Assembly: GCA_046563655.1 (NCBI GenBank)
Contig: CM102289.1
Location: 1,860,001 to 1,924,000 of the forward strand
DNA from: Yuukianura sp. NJ FZ-2021
Taxonomy: Eukaryota
Direction: 5' to 3'
Length of the DNA stretch: 64,000 nt
Shown: in pieces, positions 39,105 through 52,411 of the stretch
Numbering within the stretch: position 1 is the first letter of the stretch
Layout of the letters: each line of letters starts with the position of its first letter
Notes under the pieces: generated by a model
What the model was told of the DNA's origin: nothing
The model's input: the letters and a program-made list of their open reading frames with translations, nothing else
Databases searched by the model: none
Position numbers and translations under genes: made by a program

Positions 39105-39296
39105 AAACAAGTTTCAATTTACATTTTGGATTTTAATGAACTCTGATTAAAGAATGAGCTTCTTACAAGAACTTTCAAACGGATTTTTTTAGAACATATT
39201 TAAAAAAATTCAAAAAATTCTGGAGACGGTGAAAACTCCATTTTGAAGATTCTGCATGTTAAGGCAAAAGTTCTGATAAAAGTAACGCACGCAGCA

Positions 39297-41032
39297 TTAT
39301 TTCTTTTTTTCGACAACTCTCTTTTCAGCATTTTCTAGAAACTGAAATTCCTCCATGATTTTTTCGTTGAGTTCACGAACAGCCGAATCCGACTTCAAAA
39401 TGGCAGAGTCCACGACAGTCAAAATTCGGATGAATCCTGCATAACTGAGAATTGTGAATCCAATTCCTGTTGTTCCAAGCCCCAATCCTGCACCAAACAT
39501 CATGTCCAGCGTTTTCACTCCCAGGAAATACGGTACTCGCGGCGTCCCTGGAAAGTTGGACATTAGGGTAGTAGTTAGGTAGTTTGTAGTAAATGGCTTC
39601 ATCATCCAAGGCAACAAACAACCAATCAACGGCACTTTCCAAAAAGTCATGAGCGGTACAAAATTTGATTTCAAATTTTGGAGGTTGTTTTCAACAATTT
39701 TCAGTCGCTTTACTGCATCCTCTTCTCCGGTCGGAAGACTCACAAACGTGAAAATGCTGTAACAAAAAAAAATAATAATTTTTTTTAACAATTATAATCT
39801 TTTTTTTTATAGCAGCCTAAGCTAAAGCAAAAAATGTTGCTGGAAAATGGAGCAAAAAAAAAAACACGGGGCAAAAACTACCAAAAATTACTGCAACAGT
39901 TGCTGAACTGTTTCGTGATTTTTTTTTTCAGTTTAGTTTTTTTTTAATTTCAAATTTTGAGTAAAATTTGGAATTAAAAATTCTGAAACCGTACGTACAA
40001 GTGATTGCGTGCTTTCAACGGATGGTTGGCCATGGGGACTGTGACGGTCTGATGAATCTTCTTAGGTGGTTGAACTCCACATTGAATCATCATTCTGCGC
40101 ATGCCTCCTGTCACTGCAGCCTTGATCACTGCAGTTGCACTTACATCATGCGCATCTCGAATTTCTTTTATTGAATCCAGGGAGATGCGGGGTGACAATG
40201 CAGAATTTGACCTGTGCGTCATTTGATGTTCCTCAAGGTGCCAAGGATTTTTGTCTCTTTGATGCGCCAAAATAGCAAATTTCATAAAATTGGACGGAGC
40301 TGCAAGGATTCTGCGTAGAAGTTGGTTTTCTTTTTTCCGCTTCGGTTGGGCAGCATTTTTGAGTGAAATTCCACCAATATCTTCCAAAAGCAGTTTCAAA
40401 ATGAAATATCCATCTCCAAGGACATGATGAATTCGGAAAAATAAAACGGACTTGATTTGATCTGAATTCGATTCTTTGTAGTTTGGAATCTGAATGAATT
40501 CCCACGGACTTTGGCTTGGATTCCAACCGACATGAGTCAACTCATTGATGATTTTTAGTAGAATTGATTCATCAATTGTTTCAAAATTTGAAAACTGCCC
40601 GTCGTACTTCCGTATATGCTTCTGAATGTCAAAATTATAATTCCACTTCCAGAAATAAAATCCTAAAAACTTGGTTATAGACTGTTGAAATTCGGGATAA
40701 AGTAACTGCTCTGACGAGTCCTTGGCTTCAACAAACTCTTTTTGAAAATGATTTTGAAAATAAGACAAATCCAAACCTTGTTCCATTGTAAGCCAAACTA
40801 CAAGATTCCATTTGGGTGTGGCTGGAAATCCGTCAACTCCAAGTACAATGCTTCGTGATGAAACTAAATGACTTAAATTTCTACTACAAAATTGGGCTAA
40901 AACGGAAACTAAAAATCGACAAATATAAATAGGACATAAAATGAAAACACACAAAGGCACAAGTAGTAAGTAGGCAAGGGTGAGGAATAAGTCCAAAACC
41001 AACTGGCGAATTGCTTTAATTTTCTCTTTCAT
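39297..41032 (-). CDS. Wax ester synthase / diacylglycerol acyltransferase (WS/DGAT, WSD1-like) family protein
   Basis: Two exons (about 41032-39999 and 39756-39297). Catalytic HHxxxDG motif (FRIHHVLGDG), PWEF motif, C-terminal LMSNFPG...GFTILSYAG and an N-terminal hydrophobic segment. Confidence 0.85.
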
Positions 41033-41311
41033 TTTCAACCTCAGTGTAAAACTTTTGAAATGCTAAGTTCGTTTAAGGTTTTGTCTCGTCAAATTCTTAA
41101 GTATAACTGAGAAAAATTGAAGGAAGGGAGAGTAAAAACGGCTTTTTGTGGTGGAAATAAACTGTTTTCTTTTTTTAGTTTATTCTTCACTGATTCATTT
41201 TTGGTTGCTAAGGGTGCTCTAAGTACAGAGTTGAAGAACATAACAAATTTTTTGGGTTTCATTGTTATCGAGGGTTCTTTTGTTGTACTGTCAACTAATT
41301 AAAAATTGAAG

Positions 41312-43138
41312 TTAGACTGAAAGGATAAGGGTGATGACATTTTGGAGTACAATGTTTCCATAAATTGTGAGAAGATAAGCTTTGGTGTCTAAAACAAATT
41401 GTTGTCCAACTTCGATTTGAATTGGTTTCCTTGAAATCCAAAATTTCTTGGAGAATTTCGTAGAGTTCCGCAACATAAATTTACCAGCATGACAACACTT
41501 ACTGGAATTGCCATGGCAGTGAACAGCCAAGCTGATTGATTCTGTCATGACAAAAACAATTCCTATCTTAGAAATTATAAACAAAAGTAGGATAATTATA
41601 TACCGCAGATTAAGTAAATATTTGACGAAAATATAACAAAGTAGAATGAGCGCTATAATTGAAATGTACAAAACAAATTGGAGGATGTCAGCAAACACGT
41701 AATTTTGAAACTTGTTCATGACCTGGTGCCATGCGTATATAGATTTGTGGTCCACAGGCGTTGTCTCATTTTCAATACTTTTTCTATCCAGAACAACAAT
41801 TTCGCTTGTAATTTTTTCAAAATTAAAAACTAAAAAAGAATAAATTCTTTTACCTCAATTTCTGCAGCCAAAGACGGGTTGCGTTGGCGTATAGTAGGGT
41901 AATGTATGCAAACAGGATCACAACATAAAATCCATTGATACATGCCAGAGAGAAGAGTACCGCAAAGATTGAACGTACCATGGTAACAATAAGTCTACTA
42001 GGGTCTACTCCAAAACAATACAACAAAATTGTTTGGATTATAAAATAATATATTTGACTTATTTCGTTGTCGATTATAACAAAGAATATTATATTCGCTG
42101 GAGTAAAAAATATTCGGCCATATATAAACATCACGAATGTTGATTTTAGCACCAATTCATACCCATCCTCTTCCTTCGAATTTAATGAAACCTTGCTAGA
42201 TTTGACTAAAAAAACAACAACAAAATTAACCTTGATTCTGAAAAAATTGTCATACTCATTGCAAATTTGGAAGATGAAAATGCAACGGTACGGAATCTCC
42301 TGCTTCATACCTCTTTGTGTCAATACCATGAAAAAAGCAATACATTGGTCTGAGTGGGATTCGAACCCACGTCACTGTTCCAGTCGGAGTAGTTGCTCTA
42401 TCCACTCAAGCTTCCTTGACAACCAAATCGTCTTCTCCTAAAAGGTTACGTACTACTTCCGTTGTTTTCCAAAAAAATGAAAATAACAGAAAACTCAGTA
42501 TCATTGGTATCAATTAAAAAAAAATATTTGGTACCAATTTCCTATGTCAAATGTGCAAAAATTATTTATAATGTCATGGTTACAATACCCAGAAATGCAA
42601 CTGAACTTTTTTTCAAAATTTAAAAAAACATGAGGTAGCACGTTACCTCTTATTTACAAACCTTTCTATCCACTGAATGAGCTACCATACCGTTCTGACA
42701 GTGACACATTCATTTAGCTGTGCTGTTTCTATCATGCAGGAAAGGATATCCGTCGTACTGTCCCAGTACGCTATAAAACTTACGTAGTGCAGTGTAGAAT
42801 TTTATGAATGTTGAGAAGAATGATAGCACTTGTTCACTGCATGTAAAATACCATATTTGCAGTCCACACAGTAATACGATGATAGCAATTACTCCAATTA
42901 CAAACACAAATTCCGCTCTTTCATCGCGTAGGAGTACAGCGGCAGTAATAACAAGCAGAATACCAGCAAAATTTATCCCTAGACTCACTGCCGCAACTGC
43001 CTTGAAAATAATTGTCTTGCTACTTTTAATTACAATTAACTCGTTACCTTGCTGTGAAATTTTTAAGTTGTACATTCTCCACTTGTAACCATTTTGAAGC
43101 AATTTTAGTGCATATCTCCACGTCGTTTCTGATAACAT
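41312..43138 (-). CDS. Divergent multi-pass membrane protein (chemoreceptor-like), 3-exon family member 3, about 392 aa
   Basis: Exons 43138-42784, 42205-41854, ~41783-41312 (phase 1 and phase 2 introns). C-terminus IQIEVGQQFVLDTKAYLLTIYGNIVLQNVITLILSV. Confidence 0.7.
42346..42420 (-). other. tRNA-like sequence (pseudo-tRNA or tRNA-derived SINE head)
   Basis: Minus strand reads GTCAAGGAAGCTTGAGTGGATAGAGC...GTGGGTTCGAATCCCACTCAGACCA, with A-box-like and B-box/T-arm motifs. The acceptor stem is mismatched, so it is not called a functional tRNA. Confidence 0.55.
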
Positions 43139-44011
43139 TTTGAACTGTTATTAATAAGTTACAATTGAGACACTTGAATTTATCGATACTTCTAATTCTA
43201 AGATACTTGGACGTATTTATTTAACTACAATGGAGAATGAAATGTATAACAAATAACACCGAGCTTCTAAAACGACTTTACCTCAATGACAATGTCATAA
43301 TTCAAAAGTCGAAAAAAGTCATAAAGATTAAGTGGCAACATTAAATTTTGACAAAGTATGGTTTCTACAAAATGAAAAAATTCCATCCGAGTTTGGAGCT
43401 GGAAAATTTGTGGGTTCGGTCTAACCTACACACAAAAAATTAACCCAATGATATTCGGGATATACAAAAGTAGCGTAAGATAGCTTTGGTTGTGTACCGG
43501 CACAACAGAATATTTGGGGCAATTTCACATTAGGTCATTGCGGCGGACTCCTGGACGGACAGACAGAAATGATTAATGCATAAAGTAAGTTTTAGGATCT
43601 AATAAATAAATATCTAATATGTAAAAATATTGCAGCGGTGGACCTGCCTCTAATTGAGTTTTCATTTGCACGTGGAAAGTTTGTTGGCAGTTTTGGTTTC
43701 CACGGAAGCCGATGTCCTGGGCAAACCCATTCGTTGTCAATTTAATAATTTACAGTTTTTTTTTAAATTAAACCTCTTCAATTAGTTTTTACAAAAAATA
43801 AATAAATAAAACGGAAATTAAAAAGATCGTAATTTAATTTCAATTCGTTTTGAAATTCCAGTGGCAGAATTATGGCGATTTAATAAAGCCGTAAAACCAA
43901 ATGGAAAAACTTTGCCGTTTTTGAGCACTCCGTGAGTATAATTTATGGTTAAGTCTAATTGTAAGTGGTCATTTTACAGTGAAAATATTATTAATTAGTT
44001 TGAACTTTAAT

Positions 44012-44260
44012 TAAAAGGTAGGAATAAGACTGATGACATTTCGTATTGTATACGATGTCTCCACATGTTGCGAAAATGCACGTCTTCGTGTCAAACGCAA
44101 AATGCTCTCCAACTTTCATATCGATTGTACCATTCGAAATCCAACCTTTTCTAAAGCAGGCAACACGTTTGCGCAAAATTCTTATGCCGGCATCCCAGTG
44201 CGTGACAGAATTTTCGTGACATGACATAGACCGATTAGTTCGACTATCACTATCGACTAT
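44012..44260 (-). pseudogene. 3' relic of a paralog of the 41312-43138 membrane protein gene
   Basis: MSCHENS...GWISNGTIDMKVGEHFAFDTKTCIFATCGDIV, then IRNVISLI in another frame, aligns with VHCHGNS...FWISRKPIQIEVGQQFVLDTKAYLLTIYGNIVLQNVITLI. Frameshifted, with no upstream exons seen. Confidence 0.7.
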
Positions 44261-44754
44261 ATGAATTTTTAGTTGCATCAAATCCAAATTGAATTGTTAG
44301 TTTCAAACATTTTGAATCGCGTTTGGAAATTGAATCCTAAAAACCTTGTCCACTATGCTGCGATGTTTGCTTAGTGTGAAAAAAGTGCTAAATTGTTGAC
44401 GCTTTTAAGCGTACATCATTTTCCATGAATGTCCTTTTAGAAAAGACTTTTCATATTACTGAGACAAGAAATTAAAGTAAACATTTTCTGAGAAAAAGTG
44501 ATAAATCCATTTCGCAAATTAAAAAAAGTACACAAATGGTTACGGATTACTCAAGGAAGACATTTCTTAACACTTCGCTTTCTTCGTCGCTTTTCAACTT
44601 ATTCGTCAGCCATATCTGCTAAGATTAAAAGTAGTTTACCGAATACTTGCACCGCAAACTTGGAAGTTGTTCTGGAAATAAAAAATAACCTCTAGAATTT
44701 GTAAATTTCAAAAAACAAACTTATTTAGCACTTTCGAGTTACTCATTTTTCAAA

Positions 44755-46536
44755 ATGATGGACGCAAGCATGTTAGACTGTCTTGTGACGTACTTTGAAT
44801 TTTGGTATAAACTTGGCATTTGTCCATCAAAACTCAACTTTAATTCAAACACTAAGATTTGGGAAGTTACATGTAGTCGCATACGCAAGGTAAAACGCAA
44901 ATTCATAAAAAGTTAAATGGAGCACTCGAGATTTTTTTTTGTCTTGAATACTTTATTTTAAAATATTAAATTGAATTACGTAAGTCGAACTAAACGAGCC
45001 TAACTAAAACAGTGTAAAAATTTTGTTTCTTAGGTGTTCAATGTCTATATCATTGTTATTCTATGCCTCTGTATCAGAGCTGAACTCCGACATTTGAATT
45101 CCAAACAAAATCTACAAGAAATTGGACCCCAACTGAATTATTTTCAAATAGCAGAGGTTGTCGGAGTGCTTTTTGAAGCCATTTGCGTACTAGCTTCTTA
45201 CTGGCGTAATGGAGACCATTTCGCAAATCTTGTCAATTACAGTCAATTGGCGTCAGTTAAATCAACCATGGGAACTGCACAAACCAAAAACGTAACAAAA
45301 TGCAAATAACAATACTAGCAGACTAAATTTTAGATACTGTGCAGTGCATGCAATGCACTACAAAACTGTCGATTTTGTTGTGCTTGGTTTTGGTGTACGT
45401 TGATGTTGGAGTGCTTAGATATTATGGTCTGCTTGTATCCAAAGTTAAAATTCATTTTGGTAAAAAACGTTAAAATGAATTCGGTTTCTTAGGGAAAGCG
45501 CAACGTCTTCATTTTAATTTCAACAATGATGATTTTTCGAGAAATGATAGAACCTCTGCGGTTTTTGGAACAAAATTGTTGGAAATTTGATTTATACTAC
45601 GATAGAATTTCACGTTGGGGTCGCTCGTTGCTTTTTCTGGAATCTGCCAACCTCGGTGCATGGACGGAATATGGGCGACATTTTGGATTTGCTTTTGGAA
45701 TCTCAGCGGATATGGTTCTATTTTCTTTCAAAGCAGCTGGAGAAACGTTCATGGTGCTCGTAATAGTCCAACTACATCGACTTGTCGTGCATTTGGAAAC
45801 TAAAGCACAAACTATGACTCCTCTTGAAGTAAGTTAGTATGAAGTTAGTTAGTAATTAGTTAAATTAAGTATTAAATTGTAGAATTTAAGAGTATACTTT
45901 ACTAATTAGGGAGTGGAAGAACTGCGAAAGTTTCGGACGATGGTTGGCCTCGTGAACAACGCCACTGCATTACTATTGTGCGGATACATATTCGGCGGCA
46001 TTCCGGTTCTGATGAAGTGCATTCCTCAAGCAATCCAGCCAACCGGAATTGTGTCGCACTTTGCCAGCGTCAGCTTTGTAGTGATCCCACTTCTGTTTTT
46101 GATTTGCGCGGCATGGTTCAAAGCCAAAGTAAGTCACACTCACCTCAAACGGTAAAAATCAGCTAACTTTGCGAAGTTTTTTATATTCTAAACTAAAACC
46201 GCTAAGGTCGAGACCATTTGGCGTAACTGGATCAGTGTACAAAGCTTTGTACAATTTCACCAAAACGATTTCCTACGACTGTTGCACGACATTTCCCCTA
46301 ACAACTTCGCCATCAAACCAGTCGAATTCATCTACTTCGACTCATCGTTCCTTGGAGCTGTAAGAATACTTAATTTGAACTTTTAACGTTGTTAATTTTT
46401 TATCTAAACTAGTTTAAACGGAAAGATTTAATAAGTCTGTTGAAACATCTCACCACGTTTGTCTTTCTATATTTAGGTCTGTGGATTGATCTTCACCTTT
46501 TCTGTGGTGATCATTCAGTTTCAAAAGCAAAACTAG
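44755..46536 (+). CDS. Gustatory receptor family protein, copy C (divergent 5' exons)
   Basis: MMDASMLDCLVTYFEFWYKLGICPSKL start, six exons, ending VCGLIFTFSVVIIQFQKQN*. Confidence 0.85.
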
Positions 46537-47117
46537 TCACATTGCAAGTTAATCTGCTTGCTTACAAAAATTAGCCTCATCTGAAAAGTCGTTTAAAACG
46601 TCTTTATAATTTAGTACATTATTTTTTTTCCATTTATGGTACGCTGGAGTGGGCTGAAGAAGTCACATCTAATATGAATTTAGAAACGGATTCAATTGAG
46701 ATCTATAAGTAAATTCAAGTAAAAGAACAGGTTTTATTTTAGCAAAATGGACTCAACGACAAAATTGAAATACGAAAAGCATCAAGCCGCTCATTTCTAC
46801 GTCATTTAAAAAAAGCAAAAAAAAAAACAACAACACTCCAAGATAAAATTCAAAAGCACGACAAAATATGGTTTTTGCAAAATTTAATTTGCCAAAGCAC
46901 ACAGAAAAATTTACACAAAAGGTCTGTGACAACAGTTAAGTACATAGTTACGCCGGGTTTTCAAAAACTAATTCTAAGCCGTGTTGTTTATTGGAACCTC
47001 AGGTCAACAGATACGTTCAACACTCAAAAAAGCCTTTGAAGCCAATAAATTACTTGATTACTTTCGACATTAAAAGAAACAGTGTCCCCGAAGCATAAGA
47101 GTTAGTAAATTTTTGAA

Positions 47118-48676
47118 ATGATAGACGCCAGCATATCAGACTGTTTTGTAGCATACATTGAGTTTTGGTATCGACTTGGGATAAGTCCATGTAAACTCAA
47201 ATTCAACCCAGAAATAAAGGTTTGGGAAGTCACCAGCAGTCGCCTCCACAAGGTACGAATTCACTTCAAAATTAATTTTCTTAATTGAAAATATGAACTT
47301 TTTCTAGATTCTCAATCTTTGTGCTGCTGTGCTATTAATTATGAGCAGTTATACATGGATTCGGAACATAAGTTCAACTGGAAACCCAAACAATAAATAT
47401 AACTGGCAACTAAACTATTTTGAAAAAGCTAGTATTTTCGGCATCTTTTTTAAAGCCAGTTGCTTTCTCGTAACTTTTTGGCAAAGGGGACCTCAATTTG
47501 CTGATCTCATCAACTACAGTCAAACGTCGGCGATAAAATCAACGCTCGGAACAGCACCAACCAAAAATGTGGGAAACAAAGCATGATATTCTAAATGTTT
47601 TCAAACTTGTGATGTTTCAGAGACTAACTTTCAAATTGTGATTTTAGGGAAAGCACAAAACCTTGATTTCAATTTCCACTATGACGGCTGTATATACGGT
47701 CACAGAATTCGTGCGTTTTCTGGAAATGAAGTCTTGGAATTTTGCGCGGTACTATGATGGCACTGCATGGTGGGGTCGCTCCTTGCTTTTCCTGGAATCA
47801 ACCGACCTTGGTGCATGGAAGGAGTATGGGCGACATCTCGGATTTGCTTTTGGAACCCTAGGGGATTTGGTTTTAGTTCTTTTCAAATCAGCTGGAGAAA
47901 CGTTCATGGTGCTTGTAATGGTCCAACTACATCGATTGGTCAAGCATTTGGAAACTAAAGCACAAACTATGACTGCTCATGAAGTAAGTTAGTATGTATG
48001 AAGTTAGTATTTAGTCAAACTAAGTGTTGAGTTGTACAATTTAGTGGTACTTTAATTAGGGAGTACAAGAGCTACGAAAGTTGCGGACGTTGGTTGACCT
48101 CGTCAACAGTGCCACTGGAATGCTATTGTGCGGATACACATTTGGCGGCATTCCGGCAATCATGAAATGCATTCCTCAAGCTATCCAGCCAGACGGAATC
48201 GTGTTGTACATTTCTAGTGTTACATTTGCGATAATCCCACTCCTGTTCTTGATTTGTGCGGCATGGTTCAAAGCCAAGGTAAGTCAAACTAACCTCAAGT
48301 GCTGTAATTTATCAAGTCAAAAATAATAATCAGCTAAATTTGCTAAATTGTTTATATTCTAAAACAAAACCGTTAAGGTCGAGACCATTTGGCATAACTG
48401 GATCAGAGTACAAAACTTTGTACAATTTCACCAAAATGATCTTTTGATATTATTGCACATCATTTCTTCTGACCACTTCGCAATCAAACCATTTGAATTC
48501 ATCCAATTTGACTCGTCGTTCCTTGGAGCTGTGAGAATAATTAATTTCTACTAATTTAAACGTAAAATTTTAAATCAGTTAGTTAAAAAATTATACCAAA
48601 ATTATTTTCATTTTAGGTCTGTGGATTGATCCTTACTTTCTCTGTGGTCATCATTCAGTTTCAAACGCAACAGTAG
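47118..48676 (+). CDS. Gustatory receptor family protein, copy D
   Basis: MIDASISDCFVAYIEFWYRLGISPCKLKFN start, six exons, ending TFSVVIIQFQTQQ*. Confidence 0.85.
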
Positions 48677-48850
48677 CGGCAAGTTTTATTTGCTAACTTT
48701 TGCAAATAGAAATTTGACAATTCCAATTTGAAACGTTTTTTATAGTGTATTAGAAGATTAGCTGAATGTAATATTACAGAACATGTTAATTTGTTGAATG
48801 CTTTTAAAGGAGATGAAATATGAATGTTATAAATATAAAAAATAAAATTT

Positions 48851-49010
48851 CTGTTGATGTCTTTTGTTTTGATGTCTTTCCATTGCTGATGTGTTTGTAA
48901 TGTTGATGTCTTTTGGGTTGATGTGTTTTCATTGTTGATGTGTTTGTGCTGTTGATGTCTTTCTGGTTGATGTGTTTCGTTTTGACGTCTTTTCAGTTGA
49001 TGTCTTTTTT
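48851..49010 (+). repeat. Degenerate short tandem repeat (G)TTGATGT(C/G)TTT
   Basis: About 9 recurrences of the TTGATGT core at roughly 12-20 bp spacing. Confidence 0.7.
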
Positions 49011-49842
49011 TTTATGTATTGGCATGGACCCATATTGCCGCTATTGTGAACGGCCTAACAATAATTTCAAAAATCTACACCGTTTTTGTTTCGCAATATT
49101 TACAAAAACTGCAAGCATTCAAGTTTCTGCGTGTCTTAAGAAGTTAACCTTTTGTTACACTTGGCTAGCGGAAAGGAAAGACACTTTCATTTCAGCAAAA
49201 ATTGACGCAACAAAAAAATTTTCGCTTTGAAAGTTTTTCTACCAACAAAACAAACCGACAAAAAACTAAAAACAAAAAAAAACAGTCAAAAAACCAGTTG
49301 AGAATATGCATAATTAACTTGAAAACAAAACAAAATTTCAAAGTGATTCACCAATTTTCCAATTTAGGACAGATGGCGAATAGTGGCTGACTACACCAAA
49401 TAAATTTTCAATTTTTTTTCTTTTGTTAAGTTGCACCAAATAGAGTTTTATATAACTCTAAAATTATAATAAAATTTTAATTTTAATTTTCTATTGTGTA
49501 TGCAGAGTATGCTAATTTGTTTTCACGTTTAAACTGAAATAAAATATGAATGTTGTTTGTTAATATAGAATCGTTTTCGTGAGAAGCTTATTCAGAAACT
49601 GAAATGCTGAATTCATTTTGAAAATTACACAGGGACACAAAAAGAACTTTGTAAAACACTTTAATACATAAGTGTACTGTTTATTTTTGGGAAGGCCATG
49701 TTGTTTGTTGGGAAATAGTTAATAGTGCAACAAATAATTGTAAAACTCGAATGCTGTGTCTGAAGTTAAAGAATTATTTGCTTGTTTTCGGCAATAGAAG
49801 AAATATTTTTTGAACCCGATGAATTAGTACATTTTTGAAGTG

Positions 49843-51517
49843 ATGGACGTAAGCATATCGGACTGCTTCGTGACGTACATTGAATTTTGGTATCGACTTG
49901 GGATAAGTCCATGCAAACTCAAATACAACTCAGAGACTAAGGTTTGGGAAGCAACCAGCAGTCGCATTCACAAGGTATGTACGAATTTACTTCATCAATG
50001 TTCTTCTTTAATGAAATTATGAACTTTCTTTTTAGATTCTCTGCGTCTGTGTTGGTGTGATATTAATTCTGAGCCTTTATGCATGGGTTCGAAACCTGAA
50101 TTCAACTGAAAGCACAAGTAACAGTTATAATAGGCAAATAAACTATTTCGAAAAAGCAACCGTTTTTGGACTCTTTTTTGAAGCTAGTTGCCTTGTGGTA
50201 AGTTTTTGGCAAAGAGGAAATCAATTTGCAGATCTCATCAACTACAGTCAGACGTCGGCAGCAAAAGCGACGCTCGGAACAGCACCGACCAAGAATGTAG
50301 AAAATTATTAACATTCTATTAAACAGTTTATTTTAAAATGTTTTTAAAATTTGAAAATTTGAAAATTGTGATCTTAGGGAAAACGAAAAATCGTGATTAT
50401 AATGTGCAGTATGATGGCTCTTTATATAGTCACAGAAATCGTGCGCTTTCTAGAATTGAATTCCTGGAATTTTGCATCATACTTGGACGGAATGGCATGG
50501 TGGGGTCGCAGTTTGATATTACTTGAGTATGTTAATTTTGGCACATGGACGGAGTATGTGCGTCATATTGGAATCCTGTTTGGCATAATAGCGGATTTGG
50601 TCCTGGTTTCATTTAAATCTGCCGGAGTAACGCTAATGCTCATCCTAATGCTACAGATGCATCGCCTAATTCAACATTTACAGAAGAAGGCAAACAATAT
50701 GACGTATGATGTAAGTTCACACCCTAATTTTGCTTGTAATTATAACAAGATTAATATTTAAATAGTCTTCTTCAGCATGTCGTAGACATGCGTCTCCAGA
50801 AGACTAAAATGAGTTAATATAAAAAATTATATTGTCGGGGATCACATTAAGTCGCAACGTTATACAAAAAAATAACTTAAAATTGAATAGGGAGTAAAGG
50901 AATTTCGAAAATTTGGAACCATGGTAAACATGCTGAACAAAGGCGCTGGATTAGCTGTTTGTGGTTGCGTATTTGGTAGAATTCCGGCTGTTATCAAGTG
51001 CATTCCCCAACTAATCCAGCCGAGTGGAGTCGCAGCGTACATTGACAATATCAGCTTTACTTTGATCCCAATACTGTTCTTGACTTGCGCAGCGTGGTTC
51101 AAAGCCAAAGTAAGGATAAGACACAAATGTTAGCATAAATTATATATCTAGTTCAAATATTAGTTAAATTAGGACAAATTATTCTTGATTATGCCTTATA
51201 CTTTAAAATTTTAAACAAAAATGTTTAGGCCAAGAAAATTTTCCACAACTGGATTGTTGTTCGGAAAAATTTTATGCTATTTCAAGACAGCGAGCTTGTA
51301 CTACTGATGTACGAAATATCTTCGGAGGACTTGGCAATCAAACCATTTGAGTTCGTTAGCCTCGACTCGTCGTTCCTTGGAACAGTTAAGAACAGCTATT
51401 TTATAATATTTATGAAAATGTTATAAAAAGTATGCTAAATTTATAATATTTTATTAGGTATTTGGATTAATCCTGACTTTTTCCGTAGTGATTATCCAAT
51501 TTGAATCACAAAAGTAG
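49843..51517 (+). CDS. Gustatory receptor family protein, copy E
   Basis: The codon equivalent to the paralogs' first ATG is GTG (49840), but the next codon is ATG (MDVSISDCFVTYIEFWYRLG). Six exons, ending VFGLILTFSVVIIQFESQK*. Confidence 0.82.
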
Positions 51518-52411
51518 TAGTGTCCTAACCAAGGTCTTAATTTGACACTCTTTGAGTTTTGATTGGCTTTTGTTAACAAAATTAAACTTAAACTAAACTC
51601 TACTGAAATATTTTCGACGTTTCTTTTTCTTACTTTTAAAAATACTTGTGCGTTACCACCACAGTTTACAAAAAAAAATAGCCACTGATTTTGAATACAC
51701 TTGAGTAGCGACAGGAAAAACAACACCATCAAAACTGGCATGTATTTCGCACAACAAAGGCATCAAGGGGCCCATTTCTACGTCAAATCAAAAAACAATT
51801 TTCCAAAGTGTCAATGATAAAATTAAAAAGCACAAAAAATGTTTCATTTTTTATTAGCAAATTAGGTACTTAAATTAACTAAGTTTGCTTTAAAAAAAAT
51901 TTAATTCAAATTATGTTGTAAACAGTGGTTGACTTCGGCACAAATTTTACACTTGTTTTTTGTTTTGTTAAGTTGTGTCACATCGATATCCAATTCTAAT
52001 TTGAAACACTTTCTAATGTTTATTGGAGAATTGGCGACTGTAATATTTGCAGAGCACGTTAATCTCTAATTTGTTTACGCTTTTAAACTCAAGACACAAT
52101 ACAATATGCATGTAATTGTAATAGTACAGAATAATTTTGCTCAGATGAGTAAAAGTTGTTACAAGTATGTTCGGGAACTAAAGTGATGGATACATTATAA
52201 AAATTAAACAAATATACAAACAGGATTGTTACAACACTTTGGTGGATACACTCAGTTTTTAAATAGAGAAGGCAGACCATGTTGTTTGTTAACTGTGTAA
52301 ACAAATATTTGTAACACATACGAATTTCTTTGAAGTCAATAAATTAGTCGACTACTATTACATTCAAAAAAACAGCTTCCTTGAAGCAGATAAATTTAGT
52401 ACATTTTAGAA

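Noticed and set aside
42346..42420. Functional tRNA gene
   Set aside because: The acceptor stem is mismatched and the anticodon arm is unclear. Kept only as tRNA-like.
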